A stretch of DNA of 64,000 nt from Caldisericales bacterium (GCA_022707885.1 JAKIZT010000002.1:34458-98457), one strand, 5' to 3'; positions 47,936-58,160 are shown, counted from the first letter of the stretch. Program-made: numbers and translations. Notes: generated by a model from the letters alone, not told the origin.

Positions 47936-49090
47936 CTATTCTCCAAAAACCATGGTTGAACCATCTGAGGTAATGATTACTCCATCCTCATCGGCCCAGA
48001 CAAGACTGGCATCCTTGTTTGTTTTTACTGACCAGATAGCACTGCCAGAGGATGGATCAAGGCAATAAAAACCATCACCCTTCTTCTCAATCAGCTGACC
48101 ATTTGTTATCTGAAAGGTGGAATTTCTTTCAGCAAATTCAATAGTTTTCCCGCTGTTTGGATCAAATGAAACGACCTCTGTCATCGTAAGTGAATTGTCA
48201 TACCATGAGGTGCAAATGACATTTCCCAGAACATCAAGCCTGGCTCCAAAATTGCCCTTCTTCGGATTTGTCAGTTTCAGACCAGTTTCTTTTATTACTG
48301 CGCCTGCCTGTGGATCGAACTCTGCAATCGTATCATCTTGTGCCAACAACCACAATTTTCCACTGAACCCGGTGATGGCGATATAGTTCTTCTCCAGCAA
48401 AATCGAAACCACCGCACCAGTTGCCGGATCAATCCTGCATAACGTTGTTTTTCCAGACACCCCTGAAACAAGGCAGTATATCTTCCCGTCAAGAGTGGCA
48501 AATGGTCCGCAGGGCCCGTCAGAAATCGCAAGCCTCCAGATTGTATCGCCGGTTTGAGTGTGTAATCTTGCAAAAGAACCATCCGGGGAATTAAAAACAA
48601 CAAGCTTGCCTCCACACTCAAAAATATCGGTACAAAGGATCTGCTTGCTCCACCTGGAAAAACCGTTCTTCATGTCCCAGCAGGAAGCCCCATATTCTGC
48701 TTCCATAGCATAGAAATTCTCTCCAGACGAGAAACCATCAAGAGACAATGATTGTATGAAGTCAGAGGGTTTTATCCCATCATTTGCATATATTACAATT
48801 CGCCCCTGAAAGCTGTCTGTAAGCCATTTCTTCTCGCCAAGTGGAACAACGGGCATCCTTTCGAAAAGCTGAAATTTTGACTCAAACCTCATTTTCAGTT
48901 TCCCAGTTCCGGCAAAGCGTTCATAATTAACTGTTTTTATATCAATATCACCATTGTCCGGGATGCCTCTTGTGAAACTGGAGCCGGAAAATGCTTTCCA
49001 GTTAGTGTCTTTTGACGATTGGGAATTGCCACTTCCGCAACCTGAAACCAAAAGAATCAGAGCAAAAACCAAGAGCAAAAATCTCTTCAT
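47936..49090 (-). CDS. PQQ-like beta-propeller lipoprotein inserted in the hyp operon
   Basis: MKRFLLLVFALILLVSGCGSG lipobox. Repeated …DG.I….D..TG….W… blades. ATGA overlap with the hypD stop. Confidence 0.55.
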   Translation of the reverse strand: MKRFLLLVFALILLVSGCGSGNSQSSKDTNWKAFSGSSFTRGIPDNGDIDIKTVNYERFAGTGKLKMRFESKFQLFERMPVVPLGEKKWLTDSFQGRIVIYANDGIKPSDFIQSLSLDGFSSGENFYAMEAEYGASCWDMKNGFSRWSKQILCTDIFECGGKLVVFNSPDGSFARLHTQTGDTIWRLAISDGPCGPFATLDGKIYCLVSGVSGKTTLCRIDPATGAVVSILLEKNYIAITGFSGKLWLLAQDDTIAEFDPQAGAVIKETGLKLTNPKKGNFGARLDVLGNVICTSWYDNSLTMTEVVSFDPNSGKTIEFAERNSTFQITNGQLIEKKGDGFYCLDPSSGSAIWSVKTNKDASLVWADEDGVIITSDGSTMVFGE

Positions 49091-50166
49091 CTGAGGCCCT
49101 TTCTGAATTTGAAATATGCCGAACATGTGCCTTCCCCCGAAACCATACAGGGGCCGACCGGGTCCGACGGAGTGCATGAAACACCAAACAATGGACATCC
49201 CTCCGGAGTGACTGCGCCGGTAATCACCTTGCCGCAAAGACACCCTTTTGGCTCCTCGTCAGGAAAGTTGGGCATTTCAAACCGCTTTGCCGCATCAAAG
49301 CCAGCATACTCGCCTGACAAGGCAAGCCCTGAACCATCGATTGTCCCAATGCCCCTCCAGACTGCAGGCGATTTGTCAAAAATTTCACCCATAAGAGACA
49401 TTGCCGTTGGATTGCCGTCTGGCCTGACAGACCTCGTGTAAGTATTGACTATTGCAGGTCTTTTCTCTGCAATCATCTTTACAAGAACTGCCAGTCCGGA
49501 AAGAATGTCAAAACCTTCAAAACCAGTCACAACCCCGGGGACACCAAACTCTTTTGCAAGAAATTCATAAGGCCCAAACCCAATGATTGCCGAAACATGG
49601 CCTGGCAAAATCAGTCCGTCCAGCTTCACCTCGCCTGACTGGGCAAGGGCCCTGAGAGCTTCAGGGACGGTCTTGTTGAGGGAAAGCATGGACAGGTTCT
49701 TTATTCCAATTGACTTTGACTGTTTTATGGTTGCAGCAAAACCAGGAGTGGTCGTCTCAAAACCAACGCCAACAAGAACAAACTCTTTTCCTTTTTCCTG
49801 TCTGGCCCATTCAATCACGTCAAAGGGGGAATACATGACCCTTATATCAGAACCCATTGATCTAGCAACTGCAAGGGAACCACCTTTTCCAGGCACTTTT
49901 ATCATGTCTCCAAAGGTGCAGATTACAACATTTTTTTGCGAGGCAAGCCATATCATTCTGTCCACATCAGACTGGGACGTCACGCAGACAGGGCAACCAG
50001 GCCCGGATATGATCTTTATCGTTTTGGGAAGGAGCGCCCTGATGCCATTTGCAAATATTGCATGGGTGTGTGTCCCACACACCTCCATAAGGGTCATGGG
50101 GGAAGTGGCCAGCCCTTCGATCATTCCACGAAGTTTGGAGGTAACATCAGACTGGGACGTCACCAA
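49087..50166 (-). CDS. hypD: hydrogenase maturation protein HypD
   Basis: CGTHTHAI and GPGCPVCV motifs. Confidence 0.85.
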   Translation of the reverse strand: MVTSQSDVTSKLRGMIEGLATSPMTLMEVCGTHTHAIFANGIRALLPKTIKIISGPGCPVCVTSQSDVDRMIWLASQKNVVICTFGDMIKVPGKGGSLAVARSMGSDIRVMYSPFDVIEWARQEKGKEFVLVGVGFETTTPGFAATIKQSKSIGIKNLSMLSLNKTVPEALRALAQSGEVKLDGLILPGHVSAIIGFGPYEFLAKEFGVPGVVTGFEGFDILSGLAVLVKMIAEKRPAIVNTYTRSVRPDGNPTAMSLMGEIFDKSPAVWRGIGTIDGSGLALSGEYAGFDAAKRFEMPNFPDEEPKGCLCGKVITGAVTPEGCPLFGVSCTPSDPVGPCMVSGEGTCSAYFKFRKGLR

Positions 50167-50371
50167 ACACCTCCTGAATGGTTTTGAGTATGTTCTCTGC
50201 CTCTTCCTTGTTTACTTTTTCTATTGCAAAGCCTGTGTGCAAAAGCACAAACTCACCAACCTCGGCGTCCGGCAAAAGATCAAGTCTCACCTGCCTTTTT
50301 ATTCCTCCAAACTCGACAACGGCATCAAGCCCGTTTTTTTCACATATTTTTGCTGGTACGGCTAAACACAT
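50147..50371 (-). CDS. hypC: hydrogenase maturation protein HypC
   Basis: MCLAVPAKI N-terminal motif. About 75 aa. Confidence 0.75.
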   Translation of the reverse strand: MCLAVPAKICEKNGLDAVVEFGGIKRQVRLDLLPDAEVGEFVLLHTGFAIEKVNKEEAENILKTIQEVFGDVPV

Positions 50372-52560
50372 CACACACCTCCAACCCTTGAAAGGGCAAC
50401 AACAGCCTGGCCAAAACTGACGCAACCGTCGCCAGGCGGCAAACTGATGTTTGTATACACCTCAAAACCTTCGCTTGAAAGGGCGTCAAAAACAAGCTCC
50501 AGCAAGACAAAGTTCAGAAAACAGCCCCCACTGAGACAAACTTTTTTAAGGCCGGTCTTTTGTCTGGCAAGTAAACACCCTTTTACGATGGCTTCACTTA
50601 TTCCCTTGTGAAATCCCCCAGATATTGAGGGTGGATCATCAATCCCCTGTTTCAGGGCAACAGCCCAGTCAACCTCGAAATGGTCCCCAAAATCCCTTAC
50701 AGGAAAATCAAAAGGTCTTGCGCCTGGATCATAAGCCGACTCAAGCGCCACAGCCAGTTCTGCCTCGTATGTGGCCTTCTGTCCCAATCCCGCAAGAACC
50801 GCAAAACCGTCAAACAGTCTGCCAAGGCTCGAGGTAATTGGGGTATTTACGCCCCTGTCAATCATTACACCCCAAAGTTCCCTTTCTTGAGGATCAATGT
50901 CCAGATCAATTTTGGACTCCGTTTGCCTGGCGAGGGAAAAAAGTATCTTTCTGCAATCTTTTATCGCAACCTCGCCGCCAGGCAACGGGAAAGTTCTCAG
51001 GTGGCCAATCCTCTGGAATTCTGATCTTGCAGCAACAAGAAACTCGAACCCCCATATTGTCCCATCCGTTCCAAAACCGGTCCCGTCGGCTGCAACACCT
51101 ATAACCCTGCCATCAAGCCCGTGCTCGCCCATCACCGACGCAATATGGGCATGATGGTGAAATACAGGAATGAATTTGTCAGAGCTGGAGAGCTTCTCGC
51201 GGTGAACCGTTGTCGTGTAGGAAGGGTGAGCATCGTGGGCACAATACTCCTCCTTGAAACCAAATAACTCTCTGAAAAGGCAAAGACTCTCGCTAAACCT
51301 TGCAAATGTTGCCGCGTTGCCCATCTCGCCGATATGGTGTGATATCATCGCTTTCCCATCATAGGCAAAGGTAAAGGTATTCTTCATCTGGCCACCAAGA
51401 GCAAGTATGCTTGGCCCCTTTGGAACTGGAAGTGTCTCCGGAACAAATCCCCTTGCTCTTCTGAAAAGCTGCTGCCTGCCCTTGAAGCATCTTGTAACCG
51501 AATCATCAATGGGAACCACAATTTCACGGTCATTGTCCAAAATCTTCGTGACCATGAGATTTTTTTTGCCATCGGCAATTATCGGCTCTTCATGGAGGTT
51601 TGCCGAGGTGAGGACAACCGGTGGAAGACCATCAAGCAGAAGAACATGCAGCGGTGTGTAAGGCAAAAAAATGCCAATCTTGTTGGTACCTGGCGCAACC
51701 GATGGGGCAAGACTGTAGTTATCTGATTTTTTGCAAAGCACAACGGGCTTTCTCCAGGAAGAGAGCGACTGTTCCTCGCATGGGCCAATTTCTGCCTGTC
51801 CTCTCGCCTGGGCAATGTCAAAACACATGACGGCCATTGGCTCTTTGCCCCTGTTCTTGAGCTTCCTTAAGGCGTTGACCGAGGTTTCATTGGTGGCAAT
51901 GCAGGCAAGATGAAAACCACCAGTTCCCTTGATAGCGACAATCTCCCCGGCAAGAAGACTCCTTCTTGCTTCCAGGATTGCCTCATGCCCCTTCAGCTCT
52001 CCCATAAAAACAATCGGGCCACAATCAGGGCATGCGATGGTCTGGGCGTGATAGCGCCTGTCTAGTGGGTTTGCATATTCGCTCCTGCACCTGTCGCAAA
52101 GGTCAAAATCGCCCTGCGAAATAGTGTGCCTGTCATAGGGTAAACTTCTTATTATCGAAAGCCTCGGCCCACAATTCGTGCAAGATATGAAAGGATGAAG
52201 ATGTCTTGGATCTTTCGGGTCCAGAAGTTCACTTCGGCAATCATCACAAATGCCTATATCAGGTGGCACAAGCACTGACGACGGTGCTCCCTTGGGTGTT
52301 TCGAGGATCTTAAGGTCTTTGTAATCCCCTTCAAAATCGGTAATTTCAACTGACTCAATGATTGCCTGGGGTGGCGGAGAAGTTTTTATCACTTCAATTG
52401 CGTTCTGGATGGCAGATGGTTCACCGCAAAAAACAGCCTCTACGCCATTGCCAATGTTTCTGACGAAACCCTTGAGACCGAAAGAATCAGCCACTCTCCA
52501 GACAAACGGCCTGAAACCAACACCCTGGACTGTCCCCCTGAAAACAATTCTCTTTGCCAT
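50371..52560 (-). CDS. hypF: carbamoyltransferase HypF
   Basis: N-terminal acylphosphatase (GTVQGVGFRPFV), two CxxC zinc-finger pairs, YrdC and Kae1-like domains. 729 aa. Confidence 0.85.
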   Translation of the reverse strand: MAKRIVFRGTVQGVGFRPFVWRVADSFGLKGFVRNIGNGVEAVFCGEPSAIQNAIEVIKTSPPPQAIIESVEITDFEGDYKDLKILETPKGAPSSVLVPPDIGICDDCRSELLDPKDPRHLHPFISCTNCGPRLSIIRSLPYDRHTISQGDFDLCDRCRSEYANPLDRRYHAQTIACPDCGPIVFMGELKGHEAILEARRSLLAGEIVAIKGTGGFHLACIATNETSVNALRKLKNRGKEPMAVMCFDIAQARGQAEIGPCEEQSLSSWRKPVVLCKKSDNYSLAPSVAPGTNKIGIFLPYTPLHVLLLDGLPPVVLTSANLHEEPIIADGKKNLMVTKILDNDREIVVPIDDSVTRCFKGRQQLFRRARGFVPETLPVPKGPSILALGGQMKNTFTFAYDGKAMISHHIGEMGNAATFARFSESLCLFRELFGFKEEYCAHDAHPSYTTTVHREKLSSSDKFIPVFHHHAHIASVMGEHGLDGRVIGVAADGTGFGTDGTIWGFEFLVAARSEFQRIGHLRTFPLPGGEVAIKDCRKILFSLARQTESKIDLDIDPQERELWGVMIDRGVNTPITSSLGRLFDGFAVLAGLGQKATYEAELAVALESAYDPGARPFDFPVRDFGDHFEVDWAVALKQGIDDPPSISGGFHKGISEAIVKGCLLARQKTGLKKVCLSGGCFLNFVLLELVFDALSSEGFEVYTNISLPPGDGCVSFGQAVVALSRVGGV

Positions 52561-54737
52561 CAGGGACTGTATGTTATCGTAACTGTTTTTGTTTTTTGCT
52601 CCCAGGCAACCGACGCGCCAAGAATATCGGAAACAGCACGCAAGGGAATAAAGGTCTTGCCCGACCTGATTTCGGGGGGTGAATCGATTGTCGTTGTCTT
52701 GACCTCGCCTATTCCAATAATCTCAACTTTTTTGCTCCCAACGGTGAATCTCGACTGGCTAGTGCAATTTGTGATTGTGATGCTCCTGTCAGATGGATCC
52801 CACGACACCCTTGCGGAAAAGGCCTCTGCAATTATTCGCAATGGTACCATTGTTCTTGATCCAGAAACATAAGAGGGTGGAATGACATCAACCTTTTTCC
52901 CATTTATACTGGCTTTCTTTGAGCCAATAGGAATCGAAACAACGGTGGGCAAAACCATGTCATAAATCCTGCAGGTAACGGTAAGAGGAATAACACTTTG
53001 TTCGGTATTGCTTTGAATTTCAATTACACCCGTCTTTTGGCAATCATCGCCAGGCTCGATCGTAAAGCCATAAGCTGCAACTTCCACTGTAATAGTTTTT
53101 GTCTCATCCGGCATCAGGGAGAATGTTGACTGGTTGTCAACAACTCTCAACCAGCCTTCAAGCGATTGCGCGTTCAGGGAGAAAACGAGTTTTCCTTTTC
53201 CGCAATTTTTTATTGCAAAACTGGCTTTCTTTGTTTGGCCAAGCGTTACTGCTCCAACATCCACAGATTCCTTTTCAACACATATTTTTGGCGGGAATGG
53301 ATCTATGTACTTCAAGGTCACCGGAACTATGACGACTGTTTCCGGCTCCTCTCCCGGGAGGGCTTCATTTACCCCGTAGAGGTATCTGACATAAAGCTTC
53401 CCATCATGGACGCCAACCTTGTTGAGTTCATCAAGTTTTATGTTGATGATGAACTTCTTGCTCTGACCCGTTCTCAGTTTGAAGACTTTGTCTTCAAGCA
53501 CCATCCAGGGGTCATCGGTCGTGACATCTCCAATAAGCATTGAAGGCCAACGGTCTTCTCTATTGTTTTTTACTGAGAGCTCAAATGAGGGGCGTTCGTC
53601 AGTGGTCATGACCTCTAGGTCAACCTTGTCACTGGAGAGCTCGAAACCTGGTCCAGCTTTGAGACAATATATCCGCCCTCCATTAGTGCCAACCAAAAGT
53701 TTGTCACCCGATATTGAAAGTGAAGTGGGTTGTTCTTTGGCAAATTCAAAATACCAGGTCTCAATCCTTTTTGAAACAGAAAAAGCCACTATTCGACGAT
53801 TTGAACCAATATAAATGTAATCACCAGACACAACAGGCTCGGTTTTTGTCGGCTCATGGGGGAAATGCCAGATGGTCTCGCCACTTTTTGAATCAAAACA
53901 CCACAAGGTGCTGAGTTTTGATCTTACAAAAATCTCGTTTCCGACTGCAACCGGATGTGCACCTATCCAGCCATCAACTTTTTTTGACCAGATCGTCTTG
54001 CCATCACTTGCAGAAACTGCATACACCCTGTTGTCGTAACTGCCAAAGTATATTGCATCTTCATGGTAGAGCATTCCGCCTATTACATCTGATGTTGTGA
54101 CATCACTTTTCCAGATAAAGGCACCATTACCTGCATTCAGGCAATAAAGTTTCCCGGCATCGCAGCAAACAAAAATCTTGTCATCTGCAATACAAGGTGG
54201 AACAGAGATCGGACACAATATGTTTACTTTAAAATTCACCTGTCCAGTTTTTATGTCAACACTCAAGAGGTCGCCCTTCTCATTTCCAAAAATGCAGGAT
54301 TCTTTATAGGAACCAATGCCTCTTTGAACCTTACCTATCTGCATCTTCCATCTCTGGGTTTTTGCTTCAGTGTCGATGGCTGTTATAAAACCATCTTGAG
54401 AAGCAAAAATAACGGTGTCGAAGGTTGAAAATGGTGTAGTGGTTATCTCAGATGGAACGTCAAGTGACCATAGAAGATTATCTGTCTCCCTGTCTTTGTC
54501 AAAACAATAGAGCTTTTTAGAGCCCACATAAACTCTTGGACCAGAAGTTACCGCCTCTGTGGACAATTCACCGCCGACCAGATATGACCACGATTGAACA
54601 AGTGGGGGTGATAACGGGACATCAGAAGCCCCGGAATGTGAGTGATCATGCCTATACGACGGCCATCCCAGAGGGAAAGCCTGAACAGGACTGGTTACAA
54701 TCCAAAAAACAACTATTGCAATTGCAAGTTTGCGCAT
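52560..54737 (-). CDS. large secreted protein: PQQ-like beta-propeller, Ig/CARDB-like middle, C-terminal copper-amine-oxidase-N-terminal-like domain
   Basis: Signal peptide MRKLAIAIVVFWIVTSPVQA. Repeated W/propeller blades. C-terminal …RVSWDPSDRSITI…FIPLRAVSDILGASVAWEQKTKTVTI resembles CuAO-N domains. Confidence 0.6.
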   Translation of the reverse strand: MRKLAIAIVVFWIVTSPVQAFPLGWPSYRHDHSHSGASDVPLSPPLVQSWSYLVGGELSTEAVTSGPRVYVGSKKLYCFDKDRETDNLLWSLDVPSEITTTPFSTFDTVIFASQDGFITAIDTEAKTQRWKMQIGKVQRGIGSYKESCIFGNEKGDLLSVDIKTGQVNFKVNILCPISVPPCIADDKIFVCCDAGKLYCLNAGNGAFIWKSDVTTSDVIGGMLYHEDAIYFGSYDNRVYAVSASDGKTIWSKKVDGWIGAHPVAVGNEIFVRSKLSTLWCFDSKSGETIWHFPHEPTKTEPVVSGDYIYIGSNRRIVAFSVSKRIETWYFEFAKEQPTSLSISGDKLLVGTNGGRIYCLKAGPGFELSSDKVDLEVMTTDERPSFELSVKNNREDRWPSMLIGDVTTDDPWMVLEDKVFKLRTGQSKKFIINIKLDELNKVGVHDGKLYVRYLYGVNEALPGEEPETVVIVPVTLKYIDPFPPKICVEKESVDVGAVTLGQTKKASFAIKNCGKGKLVFSLNAQSLEGWLRVVDNQSTFSLMPDETKTITVEVAAYGFTIEPGDDCQKTGVIEIQSNTEQSVIPLTVTCRIYDMVLPTVVSIPIGSKKASINGKKVDVIPPSYVSGSRTMVPLRIIAEAFSARVSWDPSDRSITITNCTSQSRFTVGSKKVEIIGIGEVKTTTIDSPPEIRSGKTFIPLRAVSDILGASVAWEQKTKTVTITYSP

Positions 54738-54786
54738 TGCTCTTTGGGATTACAGATATGTGTTTTTTGGCAAAAGTAAATAGCCC

Positions 54787-55020
54787 CTAATCTTTTTTTG
54801 GCTCGTTTACCGCTTTGTTCAGAGCTTCAATGAGTTTTTCAACTTCTACACCATGGGCAGCAGCGCCATCCTTGATGGACTCATAGGCGCTTATATGGCA
54901 ACCAATGCAATGTAGTCCAAACTGAAAAAATACCGGTATCACCTGAGGATATTTCTGTATCACTTCACCAAAGGTCTCGTCTCCGGTTATAATGTTTGCA
55001 TTTTTATTATTTTCGGTCAT
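54787..55020 (-). CDS. DUF1858-like small redox protein
   Basis: 77 aa with …LHCIGCHISAYESI… resembling the DUF1858 / ScdA N-terminal region. Overlaps the mrp stop. Confidence 0.45.
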   Translation of the reverse strand: MTENNKNANIITGDETFGEVIQKYPQVIPVFFQFGLHCIGCHISAYESIKDGAAAHGVEVEKLIEALNKAVNEPKKD

Positions 55021-56081
55021 TTTTCCCCCAATATGGTTTTAAGGGTGTCCTCAACTGCCTGAGGCATCACTGCGTCTTCAATTGCGCCCTCATCTGCTAT
55101 TCTCGCATACGAAGGGTCTATTGGCATGCCGCCAAGATACGGGACGCCCTGTTCCTTGCACCTCTCCTGCACCCTTGATTTGCCGAACACTTCTACTTTC
55201 TCGCCATCCTTGCAAACAAAGTAGGTCATGTTTTCTACAACGCCAACCAATGGAATGCTCATTTCAGCAGCCATCTTGAGGGCCTTGGTGACAACAAGGT
55301 TCGCTAATTCCTGAGGACTTGTCACAACAACCATCCCGTCAATCGGGAATATCTGGAAAACTGTCAGCGGAACATCGGCAGTTCCTGGCGGGAGGTCCAC
55401 AAAGAGCAGGTCAAGATTGCCCCAGTTGACGTCCGTATAGAATTGTCTCAAAACACCAGCCAGAACTGGGCCTCTCCAGATTACAGGAGTCGTCGGGTCA
55501 GGAATGAGAAGATTCATTGAAACCATCTCGATCCCTTTTTTGGTTTTTCTGGGTTCGACACCCTTTTCTCCAGCAACAAGAAGACCTTTTTGTCCAAAAA
55601 TGGTTGGTATCGAAGGGCCGGTTATGTCGGCATCAATAACGCCAACCTTGAAGCCTTTTCTACTGGCGGCAACTGCAAGCAATGAAGTCACAAGCGACTT
55701 GCCAACGCCACCCTTGCCGGAGCCAACTGCAATAATCCTTTTTATGGGCTGGCCGGAAAGCTTTTTGAGCGGGTCCTCGGTTTGCTGTGTCTGGCCCTTG
55801 CCACCTGCTTTTTGGAAGGTGTTTTCACGTTCGGCCTCGGTCATGCTTCCAAAAAGAACTTCCACCTTGGAAACGCCCTGCAACTTTTTCAGCTCTTCTT
55901 CGATGTCTTTTCCAATTTTATTCTTGAGCGGACAGCCCGGTGCTGTTAAAGCAACCATTACAGATACAGTATCTCCCTGCATCTTTACGTCTCTTATCAT
56001 CCCGAGGGTGACCAGGTCAACGCCCAGTTCAGGATCCATGACGTTGCCAAGTGCCTTCATGATATCATTTCTATCTGTCAT
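55017..56081 (-). CDS. apbC: Mrp/NBP35 family Fe-S cluster carrier ATPase with N-terminal DUF59 (MIP18) domain
   Basis: DUF59-like N-terminus (…MDPELGVDLVTLGMI…), Walker A AVGSGKGGVGKS, CxxC near the C-terminus. Confidence 0.85.
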   Translation of the reverse strand: MTDRNDIMKALGNVMDPELGVDLVTLGMIRDVKMQGDTVSVMVALTAPGCPLKNKIGKDIEEELKKLQGVSKVEVLFGSMTEAERENTFQKAGGKGQTQQTEDPLKKLSGQPIKRIIAVGSGKGGVGKSLVTSLLAVAASRKGFKVGVIDADITGPSIPTIFGQKGLLVAGEKGVEPRKTKKGIEMVSMNLLIPDPTTPVIWRGPVLAGVLRQFYTDVNWGNLDLLFVDLPPGTADVPLTVFQIFPIDGMVVVTSPQELANLVVTKALKMAAEMSIPLVGVVENMTYFVCKDGEKVEVFGKSRVQERCKEQGVPYLGGMPIDPSYARIADEGAIEDAVMPQAVEDTLKTILGEK

Positions 56082-56238
56082 CTGGTCTCCTTTGCAAACC
56101 TGACCACATTCTATTTCAACTTGACAAAAATTCTATTAAATGAGAAAAACTGCCCATGAAGCTTACATTAAAAGCAACCCACCAACAAGCCCAAACTGTG
56201 AGAATTGCGACAAGAATTAAACCATCGGTATAAAACGA

Positions 56239-56266
56239 AAAGACCCCCTTTTGGCAAGGGGGTCTT
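56239..56266. terminator. rho-independent terminator (aagaccccc-ttttggca-agggggtctt)
   Basis: Perfect 9-bp stem just downstream of the minus-strand gene ending at 56290. Confidence 0.55.
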
Positions 56267-56289
56267 GATTGATATTCATATGGAAATTG

Positions 56290-57120
56290 CTATTTTCCAG
56301 CACACTCTCCGATAATTTTCCTTATCTCCTCAACATGCGCAAATCCTACCTGGGTAGCAATATCCAGTCCAGTCTTATTCAGATCGGCTTCTTTTATCTT
56401 GAGCTTTCCGGCAACACAATCTACCGGAACTGCATTTGTCCTGCAATACTCAAGAACATTGTCGGTGCCCTTAAGGAATGGCAGTTGCCCTACTGATGGT
56501 TGACTTCCGTTTCCATCATCCGGTGCAGGTTGTTGGTCTTTTGGTGGAAGTCCCTTGCAATCCTGAACCATTTTTGGAAGATCCTCTGGCATTACCTTTA
56601 GCATATCAGCAACCTGTTTACCCTCTGCATCGAGCTGCATCATGGGAATACCAAGCTTTGAAGCAACACAATCGGTTGAGTAACCATTGTTCTCAAGCCA
56701 GTCCAGGAAATTCATGTAGCCCTTGAATTCAGGAACCATCTGACCTTCATCTTTCTCTACTTCATCTTTTTCTTTTGCAGAAAGGCAATCTGTGTACTTT
56801 TCCGGTAACTGATAGGTTTCCAGACCAAACTTCTCGGCAACAGTTCTTGCCTCTGCGTTGAGGTCAGATTCGGCAATACCAAGCTTTTGCGCTACACACT
56901 CTGGGGAAATACCATTCTCCTTTAAGTACTCAAGCAAATTCATATATCCATGGAGCTCTGGAAGAGTTGTTGTTTCTCCATGCTCTTCACCCAATTCTTC
57001 AGTGCCTGTTTCACCAATTCCAGCCGGGTTCCACTTTCCGATTGCCATTCCAACGACAATGGCAAGCAGAAAAACACCAATGAAAAGAAATCCTGCAAGG
57101 GCATATGGTCTCAGTTTCAT
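56290..57120 (-). CDS. membrane-anchored protein with three roughly 45-aa Cys-containing tandem repeats, unknown function
   Basis: TM anchor ALAGFLFIGVFLLAIVVGMAIG. Repeats LHGYMNLLEYLKENGISPECVAQKLGI…, FKGYMNFLDWLENNGYSTDCVASKLGI…, LKGTDNVLEYCRTNAVPVDCVAGKLKI…. ATGA overlap with the upstream polyferredoxin gene. Confidence 0.5.
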   Translation of the reverse strand: MKLRPYALAGFLFIGVFLLAIVVGMAIGKWNPAGIGETGTEELGEEHGETTTLPELHGYMNLLEYLKENGISPECVAQKLGIAESDLNAEARTVAEKFGLETYQLPEKYTDCLSAKEKDEVEKDEGQMVPEFKGYMNFLDWLENNGYSTDCVASKLGIPMMQLDAEGKQVADMLKVMPEDLPKMVQDCKGLPPKDQQPAPDDGNGSQPSVGQLPFLKGTDNVLEYCRTNAVPVDCVAGKLKIKEADLNKTGLDIATQVGFAHVEEIRKIIGECAGK

Positions 57121-57944
57121 TTTCCACCTCCATACCCAATAGTGAACTCGAGCGAGCCGGGTACAGGACATTCTTCAACACAGTTCATGCATTCGATGCA
57201 TGAACCCCTGTCTATTTTTATCTGTTTGCTCACCGGTATCCTGTAAGGGCAAACCTTGTCACATATTCCGCAATTGATGCAAATGTCCTCGTATCTTCTG
57301 ATTCCGGTGGCAGAAGCTTTTGCAAACGGATGAATCAATCCGCCAAGCGGACACAGGTAAAGACAGAAAAACCTCTCCACAAAAAGTGACCCGAGAAGCA
57401 AAACCACAAGAATTATTATCCCGACAATGTCTGCGGCATGCCCCCATGTGAATAGAATGCTGTATGGATCGTAAGCCTTGAACCACAGATCAGCCTTGAT
57501 TATTGTCATTGCTAAAATGAGCGCCAGAACAACATACCTGAGCCATCTAAGTACATTGTGAAGTTTTCTTGGGAGTTCAATGCGTTTTTTAAACAGTTTC
57601 AATCTGAGCCTGTAAAGCCATTCAAATACTCCGCCAAGAGGACAGGCCCACCCGCAAAAAGCACCACCAAAAACCAGAACGGCGATAACGAGGCCGATCA
57701 GCAAGACAATGTTTGAATCACTTGTACGTCTGACAAATTCCCCGGTCATTGCAAGTTTTGGGAGTGCCACAAATCCGCCAAAAGGACAGTAAGTGTCGAT
57801 CGGGCCGGCCATTTTTGTCGCAAAGGCAAGATGCCTCCACGAGAGAAAAACCACCGAGCCAGCAAATATAGCCTGAGAAAGATACCTTAAATATCTCCAC
57901 TTGAAAAAAGATTTTGGCTTTCTGGGAATATTTTTTTCCTGCAC
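57117..57944 (-). CDS. NapH/MauN-like membrane-bound polyferredoxin (4Fe-4S)
   Basis: CPFGG and CPLGG motifs in TM segments plus a C-terminal CINCGICDKVCP…CIECMNCVEECP. Confidence 0.7.
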   Translation of the reverse strand: MQEKNIPRKPKSFFKWRYLRYLSQAIFAGSVVFLSWRHLAFATKMAGPIDTYCPFGGFVALPKLAMTGEFVRRTSDSNIVLLIGLVIAVLVFGGAFCGWACPLGGVFEWLYRLRLKLFKKRIELPRKLHNVLRWLRYVVLALILAMTIIKADLWFKAYDPYSILFTWGHAADIVGIIILVVLLLGSLFVERFFCLYLCPLGGLIHPFAKASATGIRRYEDICINCGICDKVCPYRIPVSKQIKIDRGSCIECMNCVEECPVPGSLEFTIGYGGGK

Positions 57945-58050
57945 ATTTTCCTCCTTTATTAATTAATGGTAAAATTATAGCAAAGTGAAACTAAATATAC
58001 CATCATTTTTATGAAGGATAAAATACTACATACTATAGTAAAATATCAAG

Positions 58051-58069
58051 TATACCCTTATAGGGTATA
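58051..58069. promoter_or_regulatory. palindrome TATACCC-TTATA-GGGTATA upstream of the polyferredoxin operon
   Basis: Read directly. About 105 bp upstream of the start at 57944. Confidence 0.3.
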
Positions 58070-58160
58070 TAAATTTATCTTTTATGGAAGTCATTTTGAA
58101 TTGTCAAACATTGCTTTTTTGGAATCTCTGTTTCAAACCTAACTGTCCCCCAATAAAAGA

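Noticed and set aside
46980-48068. 362-aa plus-strand ORF antisense to hypE, and similar long antisense ORFs (31420..32241 in alaS, 35484..36086 in ftsZ, 2934..3515 in the ABC gene, 55504..56103 in mrp, 37554..38084 in ftcD)
   Set aside because: All lie entirely inside strongly supported genes on the other strand and translate to Ser/Pro/Ala-rich low-complexity sequence typical of antisense frames.
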